Source of the DNA: Rhodospirillaceae bacterium
Lineage (GTDB): Bacteria; Pseudomonadota; Alphaproteobacteria; GCA-2731375
DNA length: 64,000 bases
Assembly: GCA_018667855.1 (NCBI GenBank)
Contig: JABIRL010000243.1
Location: forward strand, 3,464-67,463
Direction: 5' to 3'
Within the stretch, counting starts at the first letter, position 1. Every line of letters starts with the position of its first letter. Shown here piece by piece: positions 28,009 to 38,352 of this stretch. The notes beneath the pieces are model-generated. The model ran no database searches. It was given only the letters and a program-made list of their open reading frames with translations, and had not been told where the DNA came from. The translations under genes and the position numbers were made by a program.

Positions 28009-29094
28009 CTAGTCGGTGAAACCCTGCAGCCGGGCGGCCTCCGCGCGGACCCGTTCGGGGCTGCCCAGGTAGGCGCGGTTCACACCCAGGCGCTTGAACC
28101 AATAGTGCAGGCCCATCAGGTCGGTGAAACCCATGCCGCCGTGTACCTCTGTCGCGGTGCGGGCGACGAAGCGGCCGACCTCGTCCACATGGGATTTGGC
28201 GAAGGCGGCTGCCAATGACAATTCCGCCGGTTCGTGCTGCATTGTATAGGCCCCATGCCAGACCAGAGCGCGGCAGGGCTGTAGTTCCGAGGCCATTTCC
28301 GCGCACATGTGCTTCACGGCCTGGAAGGAGGCGATGGGACGGCCGAACTGTTTGCGGTCGGCGGCGTAATCGACCGCCTGTTGCAGCATGACTTCGCCCG
28401 CGCCAAGGCTGTCGGCCGCGAGCATGACCCGGCCCGCATCAATAATTGTCTGCAACACGCCTTCGCCCTGGCGCAGGGGTTCGGCCGGAGTATTTTCAAA
28501 GCTTAGTTCGCTGATGGCGCGGGTCCGGTCGATGGTTTTCAGGCCGATCTGCTCCAGACCACCCGCATCGGCCTTGACCAGGTGCATCCCGCCGCTGTTG
28601 TCGGCGACCACATAGCCCTGGGCGCCAGCGGCATCCAGCACGAACAAGGCCCGTCCGCTCAGCACACCGTTACCGGCCGTCACGCCCGCGTCCTCACGAG
28701 CGCCGGCGGCGATCTCGGATACCGCGACGCCGACGCGCAGGGAGCCATCCGCCATGCCCGGCAGCCAGTCCCGGCGCTGGTCTTCGTCCCCGCCCAGACC
28801 GATAGCCAGCGGCGCCATGACGGCACTGGCGACGAACGGAACGGGCGCCACCCGGCGGCCCAGCTCCTCCGCCACCACGGCTGCTTCCAATAATCCAAGC
28901 CCGGCACCGCCGTAATCTTCGTCGATCAGCAAGCCGGCCATGCCGAGCTGACACAGCTCGCCCCAGACGTTTTCATCCAGGGGGGCGCCTGCCTCGGCCG
29001 TTTGGCGCACAACATCCAATTCGCAAATGCGCGACAAGGTGCCTTGAAAGCTGTCGCGGATCAGTTCCTGTTCTTCGGAAAGTCCAAAATCCAT
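28009..29094 (-). CDS. Acyl-CoA dehydrogenase family protein (short form, 361 aa)
   Basis: ACAD N-, middle- and C-domains. Confidence 0.75.
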   Translation of the reverse strand: MDFGLSEEQELIRDSFQGTLSRICELDVVRQTAEAGAPLDENVWGELCQLGMAGLLIDEDYGGAGLGLLEAAVVAEELGRRVAPVPFVASAVMAPLAIGLGGDEDQRRDWLPGMADGSLRVGVAVSEIAAGAREDAGVTAGNGVLSGRALFVLDAAGAQGYVVADNSGGMHLVKADAGGLEQIGLKTIDRTRAISELSFENTPAEPLRQGEGVLQTIIDAGRVMLAADSLGAGEVMLQQAVDYAADRKQFGRPIASFQAVKHMCAEMASELQPCRALVWHGAYTMQHEPAELSLAAAFAKSHVDEVGRFVARTATEVHGGMGFTDLMGLHYWFKRLGVNRAYLGSPERVRAEAARLQGFTD

Positions 29095-29108
29095 CTGTCC
29101 GCTCCACC

Positions 29109-30332
29109 TTACGCCCGTGCTGCTTTTGGTGCTACCTTCGGCTCACGGGGCATGCCCAGGCCCCGTTCCGAAATGATGTTTTTCTGAATCTGCGCCGTAC
29201 CACCGCCGATAATCAGGCCCAGATCGAACATGAAGTTCGCCTGCCAGGCGCCGCCGTCCCGCAACATGGGGCTTTCATCATACAGCACGCCAATCTCGCC
29301 CATGATGTCGATGCCCAGGCCGTCCAACTGATGGTTCAATTCGCAGCCCAGCAACTTGACCACCATGTCGCCCAACCCGCGCTCCTTGCCCTTTCCGGCA
29401 TCGGTGATCATGCGCATCTCGTGCAGGCGCATGGCCTGGACGCGGGCCTGCAAACGAATAAACCGGTCCCGGAACAAAGAATTTTCCATCAGCGGCCGGC
29501 CATCCAGACTCTCGTTTTGCAGCAGCTTTTTGACCCGCAGCAGGCTGTCCAGGGATCGATTGGCATCCCCCAGCAAACCCCGTTCGTGTTTCAGGGTGGA
29601 GTTGGCGACGACCCAGCCCTGGCCCCGGTTGCCCACCACGTTGGCCATGGGCACGCGGACGTCGGTGAAGAAAACCTCGTTGAAGGACGGCGTGCCGGTC
29701 ATGGTCTGCAACGGCCGCACTTCGATCCCCGGCGTGTCCATGGGAAAGACGATATAGCTGATGCCCTCGTGTTTCGGCGCATCCGGTTCCGTGCGCACCA
29801 GGCAAAAGATCATGTCGGCGATATGGGCGCCGGAGGTCCAGATTTTTTGCCCGTTGATGATGAAATCGTCGCCATCCTCCCTCGCCGCCGTTTGCAGGCT
29901 GGCCAGATCAGAACCTGAATTTGGTTCGGAATAGCCCTGGCACCAGACAATCTCGCTGCGGATTGTGGGCCGGATATAACGTTGCTTTTGCTCTTCCGTG
30001 CCATGTTCCAGCATGGTCGGCACCAGCATGGAGATGCCCTGGTTGCCCAGTCCCTGGATGACACTGGCGGCGAAAAATTCGTCGGCGATGATGCGGGATT
30101 TCAGGATATCTACTTCGGCGCCATATCCGCCGTATTCTTTCGGAATGGTGCGCGAGGTAAAGCCATGATCCACCAGCAAACCCTGCCAGGTGCGGACCTC
30201 CTCGGCCAGATTACGCGGCCGCATGCGGAAGGAAAATGCTGACTCGCCCGGCGCGAGATGCTTGTTCTCGTCCAAAAACACCCGAACTTCTTCGCGAAAG
30301 ACTTTATGTTCCGCCCGGTCATTAAGATCCAT
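29109..30332 (-). CDS. Acyl-CoA dehydrogenase family protein (407 aa)
   Basis: ACAD fold (YSEPNSGSD, QIFGGxG-like C-terminus). Confidence 0.8.
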   Translation of the reverse strand: MDLNDRAEHKVFREEVRVFLDENKHLAPGESAFSFRMRPRNLAEEVRTWQGLLVDHGFTSRTIPKEYGGYGAEVDILKSRIIADEFFAASVIQGLGNQGISMLVPTMLEHGTEEQKQRYIRPTIRSEIVWCQGYSEPNSGSDLASLQTAAREDGDDFIINGQKIWTSGAHIADMIFCLVRTEPDAPKHEGISYIVFPMDTPGIEVRPLQTMTGTPSFNEVFFTDVRVPMANVVGNRGQGWVVANSTLKHERGLLGDANRSLDSLLRVKKLLQNESLDGRPLMENSLFRDRFIRLQARVQAMRLHEMRMITDAGKGKERGLGDMVVKLLGCELNHQLDGLGIDIMGEIGVLYDESPMLRDGGAWQANFMFDLGLIIGGGTAQIQKNIISERGLGMPREPKVAPKAARA

Positions 30333-30417
30333 GTTTCCCGCCTTTGACTTTTATGTCGTTTCTTGTCTCGAACGCAGGAACTGATTATGTCTCACTGTCG
30401 GCGTCTCGAAAAGCCCA

Positions 30418-31302
30418 TCATTCAGGTGTATTTTTCGGCCAACGATTATGCGGCCAAAGCCATTGCTCCGGGCGCGCCCTGATCCAGTCTTCCATCAAAT
30501 CATTGACCTGTCCCATCAGGGCCGTGATATCGGCGGTTTGATCGTTGCCGGTGGCATAGACCATGGGTTCGTGGATGGTGACACGGAAAGCAGCTCCCCC
30601 GAGTCGTTCGCAACGTACTGGAATGACGGGCAAATTACGACGCAAGGCCAATTGCGCCAGGGCTGGCGCGGTCATGGCGGGGTGGCCGAAAAACGTTACC
30701 TCGATGCCGTCATTCATTTTCTGGTCGACCAGCATGCCGACAGTTTCGCCCTTATTGAGGGCGGCGAGGATGCCCCGCGCGGCGGAAGCCCCCTTGGCCA
30801 GAGCGCCGAGGGATGAACCTTCCCGCACATGCCACAGCCATTGGTCGATCAGCGGATTGTTTGCGGCGCGATAGACCACATGCATGGGCCGGCCCAGCTT
30901 GGCCGTAACCAGATACATCAATTCCCAATTGGCCAGGTGGCCGCCAAACAGCAGCGAACCCTCCCGGCCTTCCAGATTGGCGGTGCCGATAACCTGTATT
31001 TGGCCCGCCCGCGGGGGCTGGTCGGTCAAGGTGAAATCCGGCAGATGCGGCAGTTCGGCGATTGTGCGGCCCAAATTCCGCCAGACACCGGCCCTGATGG
31101 CGGCGCGTTCACGGGGTTTCAGATCGGGCATGGCCAGGATCAGATTTCGTTCAACCCGGCGCGCCAAAATCGGCAAAAGGCCGATCGCCGTACCCAGGGC
31201 TGCCCCCACGTTCGAGGCGGCGGCTATGGGCAGAGCCGTCAACAAGGCCCAAAAGCACCGTGCCAGACAATATTCCAGGCGATAGCGGATCGGATGCTTC
31301 AT
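30418..31302 (-). CDS. Lipid A biosynthesis (Kdo)2-lipid IVA acyltransferase (LpxL/HtrB family)
   Basis: 294 aa with one N-terminal TM and an LPLAT fold. It sits immediately downstream of lpxK and waaA. Confidence 0.7.
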   Translation of the reverse strand: MKHPIRYRLEYCLARCFWALLTALPIAAASNVGAALGTAIGLLPILARRVERNLILAMPDLKPRERAAIRAGVWRNLGRTIAELPHLPDFTLTDQPPRAGQIQVIGTANLEGREGSLLFGGHLANWELMYLVTAKLGRPMHVVYRAANNPLIDQWLWHVREGSSLGALAKGASAARGILAALNKGETVGMLVDQKMNDGIEVTFFGHPAMTAPALAQLALRRNLPVIPVRCERLGGAAFRVTIHEPMVYATGNDQTADITALMGQVNDLMEDWIRARPEQWLWPHNRWPKNTPE

Positions 31303-32300
31303 GGCGCCTTATTCGCACCCCTGTCCGCAAGGACCATGTCCAACAGTTTGTCTAGTCTCTCCTCGTCATCGAATTCCAAAGTGACGTCGATCACCGTCAC
31401 CATATCCCTGGCACCGGGGGGCAGGCGCACCGCATCCTTGGCCGTGGTCACGGCAATGGCATTCCGCTCGCGGGCCGCCTCGATCACCGCCCAGATTTCG
31501 TCCTCGCGGAAAGGATGATGATCGGGAAATGCTTGTTGGCCTACCAGTTCCGCGCCCAGTTCCCGCACGGTATGAAAAAAGCGCTCCGGTCGACCGATCC
31601 CGGCGAAGGCGACAACGGGCTGTCCCCGCAAAGCCAGGGCGTCCGGGCCCGGTATCAAACGAGCCGTCAAGGGCGCCGCCGCCATATGGGGCAAGGGTGC
31701 CGGTGCCTCGCCCGATTGCAGGATGATCACGGCATCGGCCCGAGCCAGACCGGTGGCGGCGGTTTCGCGCAAGGGGCCGGCGGGATGCACCCGGCCGTTG
31801 CCCAGGCCATAGGCGCCGTCGATCACCAGCAGGGAGAGATCCTTGGCCAGGCCCGGATTTTGAAAGCCATCATCCATGATGATGGCCTGGGCGCCGGCAG
31901 CGATGGCGGCACGGGCGCCCCGGACGCGGTCACGGGCAATCCAGGCCGGCGCGGCGGCGGCCAGCAACAGGGGTTCGTCGCCCACATCGCCGGCATCATG
32001 TACCTTACCGTCGACCCGTATCGGGCCCGATAGGCGGCCGCCATGGCCTCGACTAAGGAAATGCGCCGCGATCCCCCGCCGCGCCAAGGCCCGACCGATG
32101 GCCAGCGCGGTCGGCGTCTTGCCGGCACCGCCGGCGACCAGATTGCCGACACAGATCACCGGCACCGGCCCCTGCCAAGGTTGGCTCAGCGCCCAGCGCA
32201 GACGGCCCAGGCCCGCGTAAAGCCAGGCCATGGGTTGCAGAACCCGGGCCAGGACGCCATCCTGGTGCCAGAATTCAGGCGTTCGCATCGCCCGACCCAT
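31299..32300 (-). CDS. lpxK: Tetraacyldisaccharide 4'-kinase
   Basis: PVICVGNLVAGGAGKTP P-loop typical of LpxK. Confidence 0.8.
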   Translation of the reverse strand: MGRAMRTPEFWHQDGVLARVLQPMAWLYAGLGRLRWALSQPWQGPVPVICVGNLVAGGAGKTPTALAIGRALARRGIAAHFLSRGHGGRLSGPIRVDGKVHDAGDVGDEPLLLAAAAPAWIARDRVRGARAAIAAGAQAIIMDDGFQNPGLAKDLSLLVIDGAYGLGNGRVHPAGPLRETAATGLARADAVIILQSGEAPAPLPHMAAAPLTARLIPGPDALALRGQPVVAFAGIGRPERFFHTVRELGAELVGQQAFPDHHPFREDEIWAVIEAARERNAIAVTTAKDAVRLPPGARDMVTVIDVTLEFDDEERLDKLLDMVLADRGANKAP

Positions 32301-33606
32301 GTTCCATCGGCGGCTGATCCGTCGGCGGCTGATCCGGCGGCGGTTGACCCGGCAGCAGGGGTGCGAGCTGCTTCAAAACAGCCCTGACCACATCGTGGCC
32401 ATCATCGGCTGCCAACACAGCAGCCTTGGCCCGGCGCGCAACCTCCGCTTCATCGCGCAACAACAGGGCGATCTGGTTACCCAGACTGTTCCCGTCGGTG
32501 ACCAGGGCGGCGCCACCGGTCATGGTCATGGCCGCCGCCTGTTCGGTAAAATTGAACATATGCGGTCCGAACAACAGCGCCGAGTCCAGGCGCGCGGCTT
32601 CAAGGGGGTTTTGCCCGCCATGTTCAACCAATGACCCGCCGATAAAAACAATGGACGCCAGGCGATAGTACAAGCCCATTTCGCCCATGCTGTCGCCCAG
32701 ATAGATATCCGTCTCCGCGCCGATCGGCTGATCCAGGCTGCGCCGGGCCACGGTAAGCCCCAGACCCGCCAATTCCGCCGCGATGGCCTCTCCGCGTTCG
32801 GCATGGCGGGGCACCAACAGCGTGACAAGACCGGGGAATTGCTTGGCCAGCCGTCGGTGGACCACACCGACCGTGATTTCCTCGCCGGGATGGGTGGACG
32901 CCGCCAGCCACCGGGGCCGCCGGGCCATGGCGGTGTTCAATATATGCAAATCCCTGGGATCAACCGGCAATGGCGCCGATGCGGCCTTCAGATTACCATG
33001 GAAGGCCACGTTATGGGCGCCCAAGGTCGCCAGGCGGCCGGCGTCGGGTGCGCTCTGTGCAATGCAGAATTGAAACGACTGCAGCAAGGGTTTTATCACC
33101 GAGGGCAGGCGCCGCCAGCGTCGGAAAGATTTTTCAGACATGCGGGCGTTGATCAACGCCATGGGGGTGCCGCGCCCCTTTGATTGGTGGATCAGGTTGG
33201 GCCAAAGTTCGGATTCCACCCAAAGGGCAAGGTTCGGCCGCCAGTGTTCCAGAAAGGCCGCTACGGCGGCGGGTTGGTCAATGGGGATATATTGATGCAG
33301 GGCCCGGGCCGGCATTCGGTCGGCAATGATCCGAGCCGATGTCACGGTGCCCGAGGTCAGCAATACGTGCAATTCCGGATCCTGATGCAAAAGCCGCTCA
33401 ACCAATGGCAGCACGGATATCATTTCACCGACCGAGGCGCCATGCACCCATATCAGCATGCCTTGCGGGCGCTCCCGCCCCGGCTGGCCCAGCCGCTCGC
33501 CAAATCGCAGGGGATCTTCCTTGCCCCGGCGCAGACGGCGCCGCAGAAACCAGACCAGCAATGGCCCGAATAGGGTCGTCAAGCCGCGATACAGCCGATA
33601 AGTCAT
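32275..33606 (-). CDS. waaA: 3-deoxy-D-manno-octulosonic acid (Kdo) transferase
   Basis: WVHGASVGE N-terminal motif and a GT30 fold. The C-terminal tail carries P/Q/D-rich imperfect repeats. Confidence 0.8.
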   Translation of the reverse strand: MTYRLYRGLTTLFGPLLVWFLRRRLRRGKEDPLRFGERLGQPGRERPQGMLIWVHGASVGEMISVLPLVERLLHQDPELHVLLTSGTVTSARIIADRMPARALHQYIPIDQPAAVAAFLEHWRPNLALWVESELWPNLIHQSKGRGTPMALINARMSEKSFRRWRRLPSVIKPLLQSFQFCIAQSAPDAGRLATLGAHNVAFHGNLKAASAPLPVDPRDLHILNTAMARRPRWLAASTHPGEEITVGVVHRRLAKQFPGLVTLLVPRHAERGEAIAAELAGLGLTVARRSLDQPIGAETDIYLGDSMGEMGLYYRLASIVFIGGSLVEHGGQNPLEAARLDSALLFGPHMFNFTEQAAAMTMTGGAALVTDGNSLGNQIALLLRDEAEVARRAKAAVLAADDGHDVVRAVLKQLAPLLPGQPPPDQPPTDQPPMEHGSGDANA

Positions 33607-34319
33607 GGCGCCGCCCCGGCCAGTTGATCGGCCTGCTCGGTAACCCTATCCAGCGCGGCCTCGACCTGGAGGCGGGCGGCCTCTTGCCCTTGGTCATCAA
33701 GCTTGCGTTGGATATTGATCGGCTCGCCGAATATCATCGCGCCCCTGGAAAACGGCAGGGCAAAACGAAAACTGTCCCAGCTTCGAAACAGTCGAAATCG
33801 TGCCGTGCAGATTGTCACCGGTATGATCGGCGCGCCGGACAATCGTGCCAAGGTTATGACCCCGGCGCTGAGCTGCCGGGCCGGGCCGCGCGGACCATCG
33901 GGGGTCAGGCCAATGGTATGCCCCGCCTTTAACAGCGTCAGCATCTGACGCAGGGCAGCGGCCCCACCCTTGTCGCGATCTCGATCCTGGCGGTGGGTCG
34001 ACCCGCGCACCATGATCATGCCGAAATGAGCCAATGTGCGCGCCACTAACTCACCATCCCCGTGCCGGGATACCAGCAAATGCAAAGGTTTCCGGCCGGT
34101 CCAGCCGGCCGGGATCATCATCAAGCTGCTGTGCCAGGTAATCGTGATGACGCCGCGCCCTTGGGCCAGGGTGTCGGGAATGATCCGGCCGTTGGAAACC
34201 TGCCATCGGGTGGTTCGGATAACCAGGCGGATATAGTGGGCTATCAGATAACCAATGATGGCCTGACCACGAGAGCTGCCCAGAATTCGTTTGCTCCACG
34301 ACCGTCTGTCCACAGCCAC
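33603..34319 (-). CDS. DUF374 / lysophospholipid-acyltransferase-like protein commonly linked to waaA
   Basis: 238 aa. Its 4-bp overlap with the waaA start indicates translational coupling. Confidence 0.55.
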   Translation of the reverse strand: MAVDRRSWSKRILGSSRGQAIIGYLIAHYIRLVIRTTRWQVSNGRIIPDTLAQGRGVITITWHSSLMMIPAGWTGRKPLHLLVSRHGDGELVARTLAHFGMIMVRGSTHRQDRDRDKGGAAALRQMLTLLKAGHTIGLTPDGPRGPARQLSAGVITLARLSGAPIIPVTICTARFRLFRSWDSFRFALPFSRGAMIFGEPINIQRKLDDQGQEAARLQVEAALDRVTEQADQLAGAAP

Positions 34320-34324
34320 CGATG

Positions 34325-36244
34325 TCAGCTCCCAAGCCGTGCGGCGACTTCGTTTTCCGGGTTTTCGCGGTCGGCATCCCGTTCAAGATCGGCGAACTGC
34401 AGCTTGTACAGGTGGGCGTAACTGCCGCCCTCAGCCAAAAGACTGTCGTGATTGCCACTTTCCACGATACGACCGTTGTCCAGCACATATATCCGGTCCG
34501 CCGACATGACGGTGGATAAACGATGGGCAATAACAAGGGTGGTGCGGCCCGCCTTCAAGGCATCCAGCGCGGCCTGGACCTCTCGCTCGGCCTCGCTGTC
34601 CAGGGCCGAGGTTGCCTCGTCCAACAGCAGGATCGGGGCATTTTTCAGCATGGCTCGGGCGATGGCGATACGCTGGCGCTGGCCGCCCGACAGGCGGACG
34701 CCATTTTCCCCAACCATTGTGTCATAGCCTTGGGGCAGGGCGGTAATGAAGGTATCGGCCGCCGCCACCCGGGCCGCGGCGGTAATTTCGTCCCGGCTGG
34801 CGCCGGGCCTGCCATAGGCGATATTGGCCGCCACCGTGTCGTCGAACAATGTGATGTCCTGGCTGACCAGGGCCGTGGCGGCGCGTAGAGACGCCATGGT
34901 GACATCGCGGATATCCTGGCCATCGATCTCGATCCGGCCGCCGGTCGGGTCATAGAACCGGGGCAGCAGGTTCATCAACGTGGTCTTGCCTGATCCCGAC
35001 GGTCCCACAAGGGCGACGGTCGTGCCGGGTTCCACTTGCAGGTCGACGCCATGCAAGGCGGCTGTTTCCTTATCGTATGAAAATTTTACGTCAGAATAGG
35101 AAATGCCGCCGCGATCCGCTTGCAAAGCCACCGCCTCCGGATGATCAACAATGGTGGGCGCCACATCCAGTATGGCGAATATCCGCTGGGCCGCCGCCAG
35201 GCCTTCCTGTAGGGCTGTGTTCAGGTTGGCCAGCCCCTTCAGCGGTTGATAGGCCATTAACAGCGCCGCCAGGAATGACATGAATTCACCCAGGGATAAA
35301 GCGCCGGTCTGGGCCCGCCAGCCGCCATAGAAAATCGCCGCCGCTATGGCAACTCCGCCCAGGGCCTCGGTCAACGGCGTGGCGGCGGAGCGGGTTCGGA
35401 TGCCGCGCATGATTTCGGCTAGGCGCCGTTCTATGCGGGCCCGGATGCGTTCGGTTTCGCCCGCCTCCATGCCATAGGCCTTGACCAGGCGCACCCCTTC
35501 CAGAGTTTCGCTCAACTGGCTGGCCAGCTTGCCTGTTTCCTCCTGTGTGGCGGTGGAAACATTGCGCATGCGCTTGCCGAGTTTGCGGATCAGGACGCCG
35601 ACCAGGGGAAAAATCAACACCACAACCAGGGCCAGCTGCCAGTCCTGTATGAACATTACCGCGCCCAATGCCAACGCGGTCAGGGCATCCTTGGCGATAC
35701 CCGTGATGGCGCGCCCAACGGCATCACGCAGCAAATTGGCGTCGTACAGGAATGACGACAGCAGCTCGCCCGAATGGATCGACTGCAGGTAGGCAAGGTC
35801 GGCGCCAATCAGATGGCGATACATCTTAACCTGGGTCTCGGCGATAATGCGCTGGCCGACACCGTGCATGAGGATACTTTGCAGATAGGTCGCGCCGCCG
35901 CGCAGACAGGCGACCACCACCAGCACCACAGGTACCAGGATCAACATGCCCGGTACCTGATCGACAAAGACCTTATCGATGGCCGGTTCCAGCAACCAGG
36001 CGTTCAGGCCCGTGGTCGCGGCGACAAGGGCCATGAACAATGCGGCCCAGGCAAGCCGTCCGGCGTGCGGCCGGACGTACTCCCGCAACAGCCGCAGCAT
36101 CAGCCGATGGCTCTGTTGCGCCGCGGGCGCACCAATAGCTTCTGCCGCAGGCGCACCAATAGCTTCTGCCGCAGGCGCACCCGCCTGTTGCGCCGCTGCT
36201 GCGTCAGCCTGTCGGTCCACTTGGTTGGTTGCGGTCAAATCCAT
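34325..36244 (-). CDS. msbA: ABC transporter permease/ATPase, MsbA-like lipid A flippase
   Basis: 6-TM domain plus NBD (GPSGSGKTT, LSGGQRQRIAIARA, LLDEATSALD). The N-terminal extension contains a 24-bp x2 tandem duplication (APAAEAIG x2). The true start may be the internal MLRLLREY. Confidence 0.8.
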   Translation of the reverse strand: MDLTATNQVDRQADAAAAQQAGAPAAEAIGAPAAEAIGAPAAQQSHRLMLRLLREYVRPHAGRLAWAALFMALVAATTGLNAWLLEPAIDKVFVDQVPGMLILVPVVLVVVACLRGGATYLQSILMHGVGQRIIAETQVKMYRHLIGADLAYLQSIHSGELLSSFLYDANLLRDAVGRAITGIAKDALTALALGAVMFIQDWQLALVVVLIFPLVGVLIRKLGKRMRNVSTATQEETGKLASQLSETLEGVRLVKAYGMEAGETERIRARIERRLAEIMRGIRTRSAATPLTEALGGVAIAAAIFYGGWRAQTGALSLGEFMSFLAALLMAYQPLKGLANLNTALQEGLAAAQRIFAILDVAPTIVDHPEAVALQADRGGISYSDVKFSYDKETAALHGVDLQVEPGTTVALVGPSGSGKTTLMNLLPRFYDPTGGRIEIDGQDIRDVTMASLRAATALVSQDITLFDDTVAANIAYGRPGASRDEITAAARVAAADTFITALPQGYDTMVGENGVRLSGGQRQRIAIARAMLKNAPILLLDEATSALDSEAEREVQAALDALKAGRTTLVIAHRLSTVMSADRIYVLDNGRIVESGNHDSLLAEGGSYAHLYKLQFADLERDADRENPENEVAARLGS

Positions 36245-36322
36245 TCTCGCGCGTGGAGATTCAGAAGAGATTCACCGCTGCATCCTAACATGACGGCTGG
36301 CCACGACCAATCCGGTTACGGT

Positions 36323-37438
36323 CTATTCCGCCGCCTGGATGGTTTGCGTGACGTGCGCCTTGGCGTCAAACTCCTCGGCCACCTTTTCATCCGCCGCCAG
36401 CAGCGCATCCACATCCAGGTTCGGGTCGCAGAATTCCAGCAGGCCCATCTTCTCGAACGCCGCCTGTACGTTATCCGACCACATACCGATATCGCGCACG
36501 ATGGGGACGATGCGGCTGAATAGGCGGGTACGGAACAAACGCATGCTTTCCGAGGCCTCGACCCATTCGATGCATTCCTTGGCCGGCAGACCAACCACCT
36601 CCCACAGTTCATTGGAGGTGAAGCGGTCCCGCATATGCCAGCACCCTTCGATCAGGAACTCTTCCCGCTCGGCCATTTCCGAAGCGCTGAGGTGCGGGTA
36701 GTAGTCCCGCAGGGCCAGGCGGCCAAAGGCCACGTGGCGGGCCTCATCCTGCATGACATAGGCGTTGACCGATGCCGACAGGGGATTCTTGGACATGTCG
36801 CGCAGGCCGTGAAAGGCGGCCAGGGCCAGCCCCTCGATCAGCACCTGCATGCCCAGATAATTGAAGTCCCAGCGTTTGTCGTGCAGGACATCCTCCAACA
36901 GCGAAGCCAAGGGCGGCGTGATCGGGTAAGCCAGCTCAAACTTGTCATGCAACAGACGGGAATAGGCCTCAACATGGCGCGCTTCGTCCATGACTTGGGT
37001 CGCGGCGTAGAATTTGGCATTGATGTCGGGCACGGTTTCGACGATCCGGGCCGAGACCATCAAGGCGCCCTGTTCGCCGTGCAAAAACTGCGAGATCTGC
37101 CAGGCTTGGCCGTGGCGGCGCAGATTGATGCGCTCCTTCTTCGTCATCTTATCCCAGATGGGCGAGCCGTAGATGCGGATCATTTCATCGGGCATTTCCA
37201 TGGGATTTTCCGGGTCCAGGTCCAGATCCCAATCGATCCGTTCCTTGGCATCCCACTGTTGCTGCTTGCCCTTGTCGTACAGCTTCAACAGATCGTCATT
37301 GCCGTCCTCATATTCCCAAACGAAGGTGACATCGTTTTGGCTGTTCACTTTCCATTCGGTTTCTTCGACCGGCAACTGATAGCGATACATCGAAGTCATG
37401 GCTGTTTCCCTGTTATTGTTTTCCCAAGCGCGTTGCAT
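36323..37438 (-). CDS. Ferritin-like diiron-carboxylate protein (acyl-ACP-desaturase / R2-like fold)
   Basis: Two DEARH (E-x-x-H) motifs about 90 aa apart, with upstream Glu residues. 371 aa. Confidence 0.55.
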   Translation of the reverse strand: MQRAWENNNRETAMTSMYRYQLPVEETEWKVNSQNDVTFVWEYEDGNDDLLKLYDKGKQQQWDAKERIDWDLDLDPENPMEMPDEMIRIYGSPIWDKMTKKERINLRRHGQAWQISQFLHGEQGALMVSARIVETVPDINAKFYAATQVMDEARHVEAYSRLLHDKFELAYPITPPLASLLEDVLHDKRWDFNYLGMQVLIEGLALAAFHGLRDMSKNPLSASVNAYVMQDEARHVAFGRLALRDYYPHLSASEMAEREEFLIEGCWHMRDRFTSNELWEVVGLPAKECIEWVEASESMRLFRTRLFSRIVPIVRDIGMWSDNVQAAFEKMGLLEFCDPNLDVDALLAADEKVAEEFDAKAHVTQTIQAAE

Positions 37439-37549
37439 CCGGCGCTAGCTGCGTTCCGAATTTAGTCATAATCGGTGCGCTACTTCGCGGCAAGGGCCCA
37501 GTGTGGTTAACGATTTGTTGTCGACGATCGAGTGCGTTCGGAATATCCG

Positions 37550-38083
37550 CTAGGTCGGTCGCGCGAGGCTATAAATCGCAAGATTTTCGCCGTAGTATCG
37601 GTCCGTTTCGCTTTGGAACGACATTCCGGCCTTTTCCATGACCCGGCGGGAGGCGATGTGGTCCGGACGGGTGAAGGCCAGAATCTCGCGCACCGTCAAA
37701 TTGTCAATACCCCATTCCAGGACGGCCCGGGCCGCCTCGGTGGCGAAGCCCTGGCCCCAATGGCCTTGCCCCAGGGCGTAAACCAATTCGACCGCACTAA
37801 TTCGATCGGGAAGTTGGCGCAGACCGCAAAATCCGATGGCTTCCACCTCACCATCGCCACTGCGCGGCACGACGGATAAAACGCCGCAACCTCCCTCGCG
37901 CCATTCATCATGGCTGTTTCTGATGAACGTTGCGGCAAATTCCCGCGCGCCGCTCGGTCCCATTGGCCCGACCGCCAAATGCTGTTGTACGGCCCCATCG
38001 GCGAATAAATCCGCCAGGGCCGGCAAATCCTCGTCGAGAAATGACCTTAATGAAAGCCGAGCGGTAACAATTTCCATGTCCAT
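37550..38083 (-). CDS. GNAT family N-acetyltransferase (RimJ/RimL-like)
   Basis: Acetyltransf_3-like motif A (HWGQGFATEAARAVLEWG). Confidence 0.75.
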   Translation of the reverse strand: MDMEIVTARLSLRSFLDEDLPALADLFADGAVQQHLAVGPMGPSGAREFAATFIRNSHDEWREGGCGVLSVVPRSGDGEVEAIGFCGLRQLPDRISAVELVYALGQGHWGQGFATEAARAVLEWGIDNLTVREILAFTRPDHIASRRVMEKAGMSFQSETDRYYGENLAIYSLARPT

Positions 38084-38352
38084 TGCCAGAAAAGGTTAAC
38101 GCATTTCGCCGATTTTCACGATGTTTTGAGGAATAAAAACACCTCCAGGCCTTTTAAATTCGCATCGACCGCCCCATATTATGTCTAATTCCCTCCGTCA
38201 CCATGCCGAGGACCGTAGGTGCCGGTTGGGATGGTGCCCTTACACAAGGCATCTAGGGTCTGGTTGCCGCCGTTAGCAATGCCCCCTCCTCTCCGGCAGC
38301 GGCGACCGGGCCCTTTCCTCTTTTCTTGGGACAGGCTTTTCCCCCGCATACA

